The notes under the pieces were generated by a model. It made no database searches, was not told where the DNA came from, and saw only the letters and a program-made list of their open reading frames with translations. Both the position numbers and the translations under genes were made by a program. This document shows, in pieces, positions 13,426-25,790 of a DNA stretch of 64,000 nt. Within the stretch, counting starts at the first letter, position 1. Each line of letters begins with the position of its first letter. The stretch lies in assembly GCA_965113315.1 (NCBI GenBank), contig OZ220376.1, one strand, 5' to 3'. The DNA is from Podarcis vaucheri (Eukaryota).

Positions 13426-13884
13426 ACTTTGGTTTCCCCCAGAATAATTTGTCTCAGTTGCGTAGTCTTATCTGTCTTGCCCAGTTTCTTAAATTCTTGC
13501 TCCCTAATGTATAACTGAAATCAGATAATAACTTTCTTTAATTTTTTTCTCAGTTGCATAGTTCTGTCCGATTGTAGAACTGAGATATGGCTTGCATCCC
13601 AAAGCTGTCTCTGGGGCAAGTTAGCTTCAGAGCTCCTAAAATGCAACTGTAAATATATAGTTTTATAGTCTACCTAGCAGGATTGTAGATGCTTTGCTGT
13701 TGCTGACTGATGCATTAGCACATCACAGTTAATGCTGAAAGACTCTTGCTGGTGGAATTGATCACATATGTGCTCACAAGCAAGTGCTTAGCTTTGCATG
13801 CATAAACAGCAGCGACACTCTATTTCTCTATCTTTGAGTACATTTCTCTTGGGCTGTGTTCCATAGGCGCATGAGGCCACCTTG

Positions 13885-13945
13885 CTGAAGCTAAGCAGGT
13901 CTGGATCTGGTCAGTGCCTGGATGGGAAACTGCCTAGAACTACAT
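13885..13945 (+). mobile_element. 5S rRNA-derived SINE/pseudogene fragment
   Basis: gaagctaagcaggtctggatctggtcagtgcctggatgggaaactgcct aligns to the 5S internal control region GAAGCTAAGCAGGGTCGGGCCTGGTTAGTACTTGGATGGGAGACCGCCT. Confidence 0.7.
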
Positions 13946-14417
13946 GTGTGCTGGACAGAGGGACACCTCCACTTAATCTAGACCCACTCCAGCATGGCAA
14001 ATCAGGGGATTGGATTGTTAGTCAGGGCAACCATCCCTGACCTTCTGACCTCCAGATCTTTTGGACTTCAACTTCCATCAGCCCCGGCCAGTATGGCAAT
14101 GAGAGGGGCAGTCTAAAACATCTGGAGGGCACCAGATTGGGGGTGGTTGGGTTATGGGCCAGTGGGATGGAACTAATATGACACATGTTTACAAACAGTT
14201 AAAAAAAAAATTCAGAACAATTAGTCCATCTTATTGAGTTACTTGCAGCTGCTGCTCTCCCATAAATATTATTTTAACTTTGAAGTAGTGATGTCTGTTT
14301 CTCAGCCTAGAAGAGGAGGTGGATTGTGCAGTTAACTGTCAGAAAGCAAATGTCTATTCCTTTACAGGAGTGCTGCCACAAAAGTTTTCCTTGTTTTTCT
14401 TTTTCTGCTGTCATTAG

Positions 14418-14582
14418 GTATGGGCAGTAGACCTGGATCTGCACTATAGCGATCATCTGGCTTTGACACAGGTCTTGCTGTATGTTACAAACGGAACACT
14501 GGATTGCAAGTTAAGCCGCTTTGAATGCCAGGTCATTCCAAGTAAACCAAAAAGCCGCCGCCCCCCTAAGGAACCACCCCAG
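14418..14582 (+). CDS. IQCH: IQCH coding exon (5th from last), [55 protein letters not shown]
   Basis: tcattag acceptor, 165 nt open in phase 0, gtcagt donor; resembles the recalled IQCH segment [29 protein letters not shown]. Confidence 0.9.
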
Positions 14583-14724
14583 GTCAGTGATGAATAACCC
14601 AAGTAACCTCTTACTAGCCACTGTGTTGGCAAAGAATTGCTTGGGAGCCAGAACAGGATTGGCTTCCCCTCTGCTCCATTGCACTGGTGTCCTGAGCCAC
14701 CCTGTGACATTCAGTAAGACAGAT

Positions 14725-15345
14725 CAATAAAATATTGAAGGACACTGGGCATAGGATAGAACACTTTGGCTCTCCACTAAAGACCTCTCTCCAGGTAGAC
14801 ACAGACCCATTAATGAGCACTCACTGGGTACAGTTGCTCAAGCAGTTGTAGATTCACCTAACAATATAATCCAGCTCATATTTTACCATCTGGTTAACAA
14901 GTAAAAAATGGGAGGTCTTGTCCTATGCTCCACTGAAAGCAAAATATACTATGCCCATGCCGTTTCTACCAAACTATGAAAAAATGAAATAAGGTTGGTC
15001 TGGCACGACTGATTCTTGAGAAACCCATGTTGGTCATTGGTAATCAGTGCATTATTTTCTATGCTCACAGGATGACTACTTATTAATCTTTTGAGACTTC
15101 CCCCAGTATCTGTGTCAGGCTGCTAGAACTCTACTTACCCAGATGGGCCTTTCCTCCCTCTTGGAAGATATGAACAATATTTGCCCATCTTCAGCCTTCT
15201 GGCACCTCACCTGTTCTTGAAGAATTTTCAGAGATTGCAGGCAGTAGTTCTGGAATAACACCTACAGGTTCCTTCAGCATTCTGGGGTGTCATTCTCCTT
15301 GCCCTGGAGACTTTAGGCCATTTAAAGTAGCTAGGTGTTCTTAAT
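14725..15345 (-). mobile_element. CR1 LINE ORF2 fragment (pre-RT to RT)
   Basis: Minus strand INGSVSTWREVFSGEPKCSILCPVSFNIL (CR1 SGVPQGSVLGPVLFNI), a QHGFLKNQSCQTNL motif and LNGLKSPG...HPRMLKEP. Confidence 0.85.
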
Positions 15346-17877
15346 CCACCTTCTTACCTACTCCTGCCATAGATCTTCTTCTCGCCACAAAGGGAACATA
15401 TTTGCATTTTTTGAACCAGTGTTTAACTCCAGTAGTAGAAGTGGGAACCTGCTATCTGCAGAATTTTTTTTAACTCAGATTTGTCTTTTTAAAACTTGCC
15501 TTAGGGGTGGAACCCTCCCATTTTTATGCTTGGTCAGAATGGACCAGAAACCTCTTATCCATCTACAGATAGAGATTTTATGTCATCCAAAAAGTGTCAG
15601 AGCTTTGTAATTTAGAGGTTAATGAGCTTCTGATCTATTGTTCTTGTCACACCACTACTTTGAGTTGGAGAGGAGTAAATTACATATGATTAGTCCCAGT
15701 AGTACATGTTTTAGAAATGAAAAGTAATCAAGTAGCAACTTTTTAATTAAAATTCTGTCAGGATTAACATAAATTTGTCACTCCCAGCCTATAATCCCCC
15801 CTTTTTTATTCCTTCAAATCTTGCTTACCTAGCAGTCAGCGGCAACAAAAAGAGGACTAGTGTGTCAGAGATATCTTTTAAAGAACCGAGAGAAATAAAC
15901 AGGAGACAAATCTTTTTACAGCGCATGATCTGTAATGAATGATTAAGTAAAAACACTTTATGTGAAATTATGATGTTAATAATGCTTCCGTCCCCGCGAA
16001 TTTATTACACATTCACCAGGCTGCTCGCTTTGATTTTGATAAAATGGAGCGGTGACCGAGTGCGAGTGATGATTTTTATTTTTAGAATTCTCCTTTGCAA
16101 GAGCAAATTTCCTAGATACTGCTGCTACTGTAATTATGTACAAAACCAATCACTCATTATACTTAGGATACATTATCTTCGAGACAGATGAGGCTAAATA
16201 AGCAAGACATTAATAATTCATCCGGCAGTTCATTATGCATGTGTTTGCCTGCTTTGTAGCAGAAATAAGCACCTCATCAAACTGATGCCTGCGCTTAAAC
16301 AATAGTTCTGTGTTATTGCCGCCACATTCAAGTTTACGCTTGTTAAACTGCTACTTGGATTATTTTATCAAGCATTCATTTATTTTATTTGTGGCCTTCT
16401 GTTGCCAAAAGAAATTTCCGAGAGCTTTGGGTACCTGATTGGACAATGAATACTCTTAGTTCTCCAAGTATTCTCAGCCAAGGCTGGGTTACCCCTTGTG
16501 CTAAATGCGCTTCAGGCTAGGACCCCAGCCAAATTGTGGCCCCTGCTGCTCCCGGCGGCTGCCAGCATTCTTGTAATATTGTGCATGTGAGCACAAGTCT
16601 GCCTGCAATGTTGCTTTGGGAACCATGGCAGGCAAAACTGGTGAACTGAGTGCCACTGGGAATAGCAATGGCATGCAACAGATCACAGCTCCCAGAGCGG
16701 CAGATTGGAGAGGGGATGAGGCTGGGCCTGCCACCACCACAGTTTTCATGCCTTAGGTCTGAGGGTTAGACTAAAAAGCATCTCGGGTCTTTTAGTTTTG
16801 ATCATGAACATTCTAATGCAACTCAAGTAAGTTTCTGCAGAACATCAAGGAATCCCATTAAGAAGAAATAAGATGCATGCTAATTCTGCTAAGCTTCCTC
16901 CATTGTTCTTGTGTATTACTGCATGCACCCCACTGAAATTAAAACACTTTGGTGAATTGGCTCTGAAATGACTTGGCAAATATCACACGCAGTGGTCGAA
17001 ACACCTTTGTCCTTCTGCCACCACTTTCTTCTAGAAAGGGAACACAGTTTTGCTTGCACGTTATTATTTACCTCTTTATTGAAACTGCCCAATCAATAGC
17101 ACTTTGCTAAGAAATAAAAGAAGGTGAGAAAACACATCTTGGGCAAAAATTCCATATCGATCTGAGCATTTTGCTTTCAGTTCCAGCCAGTGCCGCACTG
17201 TTAAGGAAACAACTATTTAAAGAGTTCCTAAGCTCTTAAGATCATGCTTTTAAGGTATATCCCAGAAAACTTAAATGAAAAACAATTTCTGTAATGTGTC
17301 ACGTTCACCCAAGGGCATCACTTTAAAAAATGCCAAGCGTTACATCAGGAGAAGCCCCAGCAAGTCAAAAGCAAAATCACAGAGAACGTTCTTATGTTAT
17401 AATTGCATGAGAGCCAATATGGCAACCTTTGTCAGCCTAGTGCCCTCCACATGTTTTGAACTACAACTCCTAACATCCCTAGCTAGCGTGGCATATAATA
17501 CTACAGCACATCTACTGGTGACCCCTCTAGAAATTTAAAGAAATTTAGTTTTCAAAATTTGCAGAATTGGATCCATAGGATCCAACTCCTAGGGGCCAAG
17601 GTCCCTTTGCTACCACCCAATGAAATATTTGAGGGAGCCTCCCTGCCCCCCACGTTGATGGCATTGCCATTCAAATAATGTGTGTGCACCACATTTTATG
17701 ATCGATTATGCAGGGTGGGACTTGTCCCCCATATTTTATTCAAGTTGGCACCCCAGATTGGCTCTCTCGTGAATTTCCAGACTGCATAGACATTTCTCAG
17801 AATAATTAATTCGCTTCAATAAAGTAAAGACTATTCAGCTGATTATATCTTTCTTGTGGGTTTGGTGTTTTCAGATA

Positions 17878-18335
17878 CAGTGGTACCTTGGTTTAAGAAC
17901 AGCCCTGTTTACGAACTACAGTAGTACCTCGGGTTAAGTACTTTATTCGTTCCAGAGGTCCATTCTTAACCTGAAACTGTTCTTATTCTTAACCTGAAGC
18001 ACCACTTTAGCTAATGGGGCCTCCCATTGCCGCCAGTCCGCCGGAGCATGATTTCTGTTCTCATCCTGAAGCAAAGTTCTTTACCCGTGGTAATATTTAT
18101 GGGTTAGCGGAGTCTGTAACCTGAAGTGTATGTAACCCGAGGTACCACTGTATTCGTTTTAAGAACTCTGCAAAACTGGAAGTAGTGTCCCGGTTTGTGA
18201 ACTTTACCTTGGTCTAAGAACAGAATCCGAATGGAGGAAGGGCACTGGCAGCGGGAGGCCTCATTAGGGAAAGCATGCCTCGGTTTAAGAACAGATTTCC
18301 GGAACTGATTAAGTTCGTAAACCGAGTTACCACTG
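17878..18335. mobile_element. Tc1/mariner (Tigger/pogo-like) MITE with a related MITE nested at 17919-18150
   Basis: Outer TIRs cagtggtaccttggttta / taaaccgagttaccactg and inner TIRs cagtagtacctcgggtta / taacccgaggtaccactg; both flanked by TA. Confidence 0.9.
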
Positions 18336-18687
18336 TACTATTGTAACACATTTTTAAATTTATCTATGCCACTCCGATGGCTGTATGCTTTCTCTTTTAC
18401 TTTCTCTTTTAAGCTATGTAAACACACTCAGTTATTGCAGTTTTAAAACTGCTTAATGGACCCTAATTCCTCCATTTTTGTCACTGAGGACCAGATATTG
18501 TAACTGTAGAGCTGCGCCCCACCCCCAGCCCATGCCCACAGGCAACCACTGCTTGGGGTCCACCCCTTGATGTCTACCTTGTTGTACAGAGGCCCTAGCC
18601 ACCACCATTTTCAGTTTTCACTTGCTATGTATATGAAGCTATTTATCTTTGCTGAGCCACCTTGGGAAGGCTGTGTCCATATAATAT

Positions 18688-18717
18688 AACAACAACAACA
18701 ACAACAACAACAACAAC
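18688..18717 (+). repeat. (AAC)10 microsatellite
   Basis: Direct read. Confidence 0.95.
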
Positions 18718-18894
18718 TTGTGTTACCAAACATTGTTTATCATTGCTCCCGTGACTATAAAGTTAGCCTCAAATATTACAATTTGTGTCTTTTAGGAGGT
18801 AAATTGTTTTTGCAGGATTAATAATAAACTCCAGATTTAGCTTAATGTTTGTAAAAGGGCTCTGTATTGAAGCAAGAATATGTTTGTGTGGCCT

Positions 18895-19030
18895 TCCCCA
18901 ACCTGGTGCCCTCTGGATGTTTTGGGCCACACTTTGCATCAGTCCCAGCCAGCATAGCCATTCATGGTGGCTGGGACTGATGGCAGATGCAGTTCAAAAC
19001 ATCTGGAAGGCATCAAATCTGGGAAGGCTG
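18895..19030. mobile_element. Palindromic hAT-like MITE, abundant squamate family; other copies near 14030-14150, 21430-21535, 27200-27330, 46324-46460, 49010-49105, 55550-55670, 61025-61175
   Basis: Recurrent core ccctccagatgtt..ggactacaactcccatcagcccc and its inverse gatgggagttgtagtcca..acatctggagg. Confidence 0.75.
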
Positions 19031-19081
19031 TATTAGTGCTTTGTCACAGTCAACTTTTTTCCCTTCTGCTTTTTTTGTCAG

Positions 19082-19204
19082 CCTGCTACGGTCAGCCGCT
19101 ATGTTGCCATGAGCAATTCGATCAGACATGCCAACTTTTCCCTCATCTACTATAATGTTTTCCTTCATATGTGCAAGGCTCATGGGGTTGGATATGATGT
19201 CCAG
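19082..19204 (+). CDS. IQCH: IQCH coding exon, PATVSRYVAMSNSIRHANFSLIYYNVFLHMCKAHGVGYDVQ
   Basis: poly-T/gtcag acceptor, 123 nt phase 0, gtagga donor; matches the IQCH motif SRYAVM...CRAHGIGYDV. Confidence 0.92.
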
Positions 19205-19734
19205 GTAGGAAGATCATGTGCTTTGCATTTAAATGAAATAGAGGTAGGAAAGTAGCTTGGAAGGAGGAACAGCACACAAATCCATTCTAGACTGATTACA
19301 GAAAAGTTAGAATCTCCAAAATTTTGGCCTCTGTGATTCTCTCACATATCACCATAATCCATGAGAATCTTTCTGTGAACTCTGAGATTCTAACACAGAT
19401 TATCATCTATCACTAACCCAATCTCAAAACCTGAAAACCTGTTTTCAAATTCAAGCTTCTGAATCGAAACACATCTTGCTGACTTGTCACAACTGTTGTC
19501 AGATTCTACTCATGTGGGTTTTAAGGGGGTGGGGCTTATAGATCAGCTATCATGGTTTCCAGACAACTTTACATGTCAGTCAGGAAGCAAAAAGCTCTCA
19601 GGCCTGGCTTTAAAGTGACCACCTCTCTCTAATTCTGATTATTCACACCGTAATACAGTTTAGCATCTTACTTTTTTAAGAGGAGTTGTTGTTGACATTA
19701 TGCAATGCTAACACCTTTCCCTCTACTCCAACAG

Positions 19735-19796
19735 CAAAAAGAAGGAACCGTTTTTACTCTGTTTGAAGACCATAAAAGGCTCAAATTTGGAATTAT
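19735..19796 (+). CDS. IQCH: IQCH coding exon, QKEGTVFTLFEDHKRLKFGI(I)
   Basis: ccaacag acceptor, 62 nt, gtaagt donor; phase 0 to 2 joins the next exon in frame; matches [20 protein letters not shown]. Confidence 0.9.
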
Positions 19797-20369
19797 GTAA
19801 GTTTTCAAGAGTGACTTCTGGAAGCATCTTGAAAATCCTCTAGTTGAACACCTCTACTCCCTTCTGTGGGCTAAGGGTTAGTCTTCCATACATGCTCCTG
19901 AGAAAGTAACTCATTCACAGATGTACCTAGCCCTGGGTAAGGCCCCCAAATGGTGCAAGGAATTCCATAGAGGATGAGCACGAACAAGCAGCATGTCCTC
20001 ATCTGCCCAAGTCTCACTGAATACTTGCTTACAGCACCATGCTCTAATATTAGTAATACAGTGATATTTTCATACCAATGGTGGTATGTAGCCACATATT
20101 TGATGCCCAAAGTGAAAAGGCTTGGAATGACTCAACCTCTTGCTCTCCTCTGCTACTTGATTAATAAAAATTATTTATTACACAAATCCTTTCTACTGAC
20201 AAGTTAAAATGGAGCCTCATCTTTCATATCTCCCTGAAGATTGCCACCTTACGAGATTGAAAATATTCATTAAATTCCTTGGGCTGACAGGCCCAAATGA
20301 GAGGGCGATTGTTCTTAAGCCTGCGAATGGAATCATTGGCAAAGTCATTTGTTTGGATATCATTAACAG

Positions 20370-20478
20370 AACAATTGGAGAACATCTCCAGGGGGTCCTC
20401 ATGACCTTTGCTCAGCAACTCTTCATCATCTATCAAGAATTATCAGCACCTAATATGCATGCCGAGACCAATTTTAAG
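20370..20478 (+). CDS. IQCH: IQCH penultimate exon, [36 protein letters not shown]
   Basis: taacag acceptor, 109 nt, gtgagg donor; close to recalled [40 protein letters not shown]. Confidence 0.94.
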
Positions 20479-21360
20479 GTGAGGTGTTAATTAACTAACG
20501 ATCCCAGTTAAATTTCTGTTAGAGGACAGAAAACACCTCATGCTGTATTATAAACAACTGTTAAGCCATCCTGGGTTCTTTCCATAGCAGTACATGTTTT
20601 ACTGTGTACAGGTCAATATTGTAGGATTCCCAGTCAATCTGCTAGTTAAATTTATTTTTTTAGATGTGGTAACATAGACTTGCTTGAGCTGGGAGCCACT
20701 GGTATACTTGAAAGGATTCTTCAAGAGCAATTAGGTTTTCATCTTATATTTATCCTTTCTTGGAGTTCCTAATTGGTGGCACAGAAAAGTATTCATGCAG
20801 TCCTTCCTAAAGCCTACTCTTATTGATTTACAAAATGAAACCGTCAAGATATATTAAAACACATACATTAAGAAATGACAAATAAGTAAGCTTGATTAGT
20901 TTCTGATGCCCAGGCCAAAGAAGGGACTTCTGTTTTAGTGCATTCCAGCAGGACATACCACTAGGGCTGACACTTACTTTTCCTGGGTCTCTGGAATAGG
21001 AGCCATTTAGCTACTTAGTTCCAATCAGAACAGAGTGGCTGCCATGTTATATTTCCTAGAAAGCAGTGCTACTAGATAAGATCATCTAGTGGGAGGGATT
21101 GAGTGACTGGCAAGTACAATGGTGCCAGGGGAGCAAGTGATGGTGGACACCAGTGGTTAGGAAGGGGGCTCATTGGTAGCCTTAAGCTAAAGGCCTACTC
21201 AGGCCTGGTACTGGCCATGTTATCAACTATCAGGAGAACCTGACAGACATGCCACAAAATGATCTAGGTCGAAACTCCACAGCAGTGTCAGAAGGTAGAT
21301 TAGGTGGGCTTTTAAAAAACACACAGGACTTCAAAGGAGTCAAGGAGGCTTACTAGTATT

Positions 21361-21426
21361 TCATAGAATCATAGAATCATAGAGTTGGAAGAGACCACAA
21401 GGGCCATCGAGTCCAGCCCCCTGCCA
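21361..21426 (-). mobile_element. CR1 3' end with (ATTCTATG)n tail; similar fragments at about 24053-24116 (-), 42830-43020 (+), 56555-56625 (+)
   Basis: catagaatcatagaatcatagagttggaagagaccacaagggccatcgagtcca is the reverse complement of the CR1 terminal stem-loop and 8-mer tail. Confidence 0.8.
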
Positions 21427-21792
21427 TGATGGGGAACTTTGAGCCCTCCAGATGTTTCTGGACCATTCCAGCTGGGGCAAATGGGAGTTGGGAGTCCAAC
21501 AATATTGAGAGGTCCAAAGGTTTCCCACACTGCTCCTGGTGAAACAACTGCATTTGAGCTCTAATAGTTACCTGCAAGTCCTGACTACTTCAGCCTTAGC
21601 CTGAATGAGATTGACCCTATTGCTTCAGCTCTGTGTTGACTTTAGTTACTACTCAGACCAAGAAGCCTGCCAATTGGTTGGGCCAGTTCTGAAGAGTGAC
21701 TCTTTCTGTGAGTTCCTGATACTACTGGTGCAATGGTGAGCAGGGAGCATAAACAACTGTTCTGCCACTTGAAGTGTTTGGTTTTGTTTTAG

Positions 21793-21894
21793 AGAGCTGT
21801 CCAAGAGATTGAAAGAATTCTGGGAGTTACAGAGCAAAACAAGTTAAAATTTGAAGAGGAAGAGGACTTGAAAGCACAAGCTTCCACAAAATAG
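21793..21894 (+). CDS. IQCH: IQCH last coding exon, RAVQEIERILGVTEQNKLKFEEEEDLKAQASTK*
   Basis: ttttgttttag acceptor, 102 nt ending in TAG; resembles IETILRVTKENKMRFEEE. Confidence 0.9.
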   Translation, partial: RAVQEIERILGVTEQNKLKFEEEEDLKAQASTK

Positions 21895-21903
21895 TTAGTA
21901 GAC

Positions 21904-21909
21904 ATTAAA
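21904..21909 (+). terminator. Candidate IQCH polyadenylation signal (ATTAAA)
   Basis: ATTAAA 10 nt after the stop codon, followed by T-rich sequence. Confidence 0.4.
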
Positions 21910-23639
21910 AGTAATCTTTCTTCATCCTTACTCTCATGTCTCTGGGGAAAATAAGTTATTCATTTTCAAATAGCCCTTTTCAGTCACTTTATGCTCACAA
22001 GCTCTGCCAGAGTGTGACTGTCTGTTGACCTCCCAACCATGTTGCTTGGCTCATGGCAACCCTATCCTCCTCCTGGGCCACAACAGTCAAAGCTTAATTT
22101 CTCAGATTTGGGTTGTTTCTGGTTTTTTAAAATTATGTTTTGTGAAATATGTCATGGGGAGCGGTGACATCCCAAATACAACCTGTGGAAGAAGACACAT
22201 TTGGTTTAATTCTACACTATATTTGCTCTCAAATTTAACAAAGCAGTCTCTCATAATTCAACTACTTTAAAAACAAATAGTAAAATGTTTGTATATAAAG
22301 GGAAGTCTCTCCCTGTGATTATCTTTAGGGTAGGATGGCATTGAATGCAGGAAAAAGTTTTTTTTTAAAAAAACCTTTAATTGTTTTTTAGTTATAATTT
22401 ATTTCTTCTTGTAGGTTAAGCTCACTGAACATCTTTAAATTATCCGCCTGGTTTCCGGTGCTAAAGTACCCTACACTGCAGTAAACACTCCACCTACAAC
22501 TGTGTTTTGGATTGTTGAAAAATGCGTGTAGCAGAACATAGACCAGTGTCAATAGTGAATCCTGACTCACAGAATTTGTTTTCACTGAAAATTTTGTATC
22601 AGATGCTATTACCTCTATATGGCTTAGAGGAGTATTGATTTCTACTTCCAATAAAATTAAGTGTATTTATTTTTGAAAATATTTTTGGCATTTTTGCTTC
22701 CGGGGGGGGGGGAATCCTATAATTTCCCAAGCTTATTCCATATGAAAGCTTTCCTAACAGAATACATGATTTCTTGGACATTCCTTTTCCTGAATAACTA
22801 GAGTACATTTGTATGGCAGCAAAGTCCCTAGATGGGGCACTCCTCCTCTACCAGATCCCATATAGGTATAGTGTGCTCATATTCCACTTCACAAGTCTTT
22901 CTGGGTTTCAGCTCTGGCATTGGGGGTTGTGGGAAGGTTTTGGAGCTGAGTCCTGGTGATATTATTTGTATCACTTTCATTCATAAAACATAGAAAATTT
23001 ACTAAGTGCCATACACAGATTAAAAATAGGTCAGTCCCATACCCAGAGGCTTACAATCTAAACACAACAGGCAAAAACAGACTGAATGGGAGCATCAGAA
23101 GAACCTTACTTGCAGTTGGCTCACATCAAATGGGACCCATGTAGTCCACTCTTCTGTTTTCACAGTGGCAAGACAGATACTTCAATGAGAAGCCTTCAAA
23201 CAGTGCATTTATGCATTTAATTCATTTATATACCACTTTGGTTTACAATTTAAAATATTGAAATAAACAAATGCTACAAAATTATTCTCAGGCCGACTTC
23301 AGGAATGCAGGAACACTCATCCAGAGGCAACCTGGAGGTACTATAAAATCATCATGTCCTTTATCCATTGATAACCTGATCCTCTTCTCTGTGAATTTGT
23401 CATAGGTGGAAATAAGCAAACTTGACCATGAGTTCTTAAAAGATACAAAATGCTGAAAAGGACCAGCTAGTAGGGAAACAGAGCCAGGAGGGGAAGGGTG
23501 AAAGAGCAGATGGTCTCTTTAAGTTGCAGCAGCCCCTGGCCTAGTCCTGCTGTCACCTTTTTCTGATAATGACTTGAGAAACAAGAGCATCACCCCCACC
23601 CAAACAGGTGACTTTTCAAAGTCCCATTGTGCAGCTATA

Positions 23640-23880
23640 CAGTGGTACCTCGGGTTACAGATGTTTCAGGTTACAGACGCTTCAGGTTACAGACTCCGCT
23701 AACCCAGAAATAGCACCTTGGGTTAAGAACTTTGCTTCAGGATGAGAACAGAAATTGCGCAGCCACGGCACAGCGGCAGCAGGAGGCCCCATTAGCTAAA
23801 GTGGTAGCTAAAGGTTAAGAACAGTTTCAGGTTAAGAACGGATCCAGAACGAATTAAGTTCTTAACCCAAGGTACCACTG
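23640..23880. mobile_element. Tc1/mariner-type MITE, same family as 17919-18150, opposite orientation
   Basis: TA-cagtggtacctcgggtta ... taacccaaggtaccactg-TA. Confidence 0.9.
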
Positions 23881-24729
23881 TACTCCAAAACAGTAGCTTC
23901 AAAACTATTAGTACATCCAAGTTCTTAGTGTCACATGCACACACTTATTTTCTCTTCTATTGTAATTTCATTTCAGGCAAGGTCCTGGGGATACAAGATA
24001 CTGGCTGCCCATGAAATGCAATGGCACCCAAAGGGCTGCTCTAGAGACATACACATAGAATCATAGGAATAGACCACAAGGGCCATCGAGTCCAACCCCC
24101 TGCCAAGCAGGAAACAAGCCCCCCCAAAACCCCTAGCACCAGTATCCAGGTCTATTGTCTTGCCTACAACCCCCACCCCCATTGTTTCTGCTAATCAAGA
24201 AATATATTAAAGCTCTCCCTGCTCTATTAATTATCCAAAGGTAAAGTTGAGTCAAAATGTGTTACTGACGATGATTAATAATTAGTGGCTTGTAAGTGCA
24301 TTCTAGTACATAAACAGGGTACATGGTTGCGTAGTAATTGATTAATTAGCACAATCTTGCTCTACAGCTCACTGGTCTAAGATTGCTGAGTTTGAAATAT
24401 TGTTTATAATTATCCAAATTTGAAGGATGAGGGGTGGGTGGGGACGGGAGGGGGAAGAGAGGTGGCTCCCATTTCTTCGCTCGCTCTTCCGCGCAATTAT
24501 TCTCCTCACATCACAGACGATGCTTAATGGTTCAGAGCCACGAGTTTCCCTCAGATAAATCACCACAGAGTTCATTTGTTTGTTCGAATTGCAGCAGCTT
24601 TCTAGTCCAAACACTCCGGTGGAAAGGACACTTTTTATTTAAGTCGTGTGTACTAGTTGTGTTAGAAAAGGGTGCTTGAGGCTGAGGACCATATTGTTGT
24701 TGTTGGTTATTAGTGTTATGTTGACATGA

Positions 24730-25036
24730 GGGGCGCGCGAGCTCGGCCTCTCTCAGCGGAGAAGATCCTCGCAGACAGCTAGGCGCGCGCCCGCTTCCCG
24801 GCCTCGCGCGTCGCCCGGTCAGGAGCGCGCGAGGAGTCTGACAAATTCAGTAGGCCGGCTCTGGCGCAGGCGCAAAGCGGTTGTCGGGAAGCTACCGGCG
24901 CAGGCCCAGAGCGTGCCGGGGAGCCCCAGGAAGGGGGGGGAGGGGCCACTGCTGTTTCCCGGGATGGTGGGGGGAGGAGGGGCGTTGCTTCGTGTCTTTC
25001 CCGGTTAGGGAAGGTCGTTGCGAGGGGCAAGTAAGT
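24730..25036. promoter_or_regulatory. CpG-island promoter and probable non-coding first exon of C15orf61
   Basis: Dense CpG (gcgcgcg runs), NRF1-type GCGCAGGCGCA at 24864-24874, GTAAGT donor-like site at 25031. Confidence 0.75.
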
Positions 25037-25247
25037 GAAGCAGGAACCTCGCCCCCTTCATCGGGGGCAACTAACGAGAGGGGGAGGGGCTGCAAAGGGG
25101 GGGGAGTTGTTTTAGGGGAGGGGCAGCAGATCCTGAAGAAAAGTCTCCCTCAGCAACGTGGGGGGAGTGAACAATTGAGGCGGGAGAGGCATGTATAGAA
25201 GTTACCTGGGAAAGGTGTCAGCAAGTAGTTTGAGGTGGGGGGTCTGA

Positions 25248-25790
<543 letters not shown>

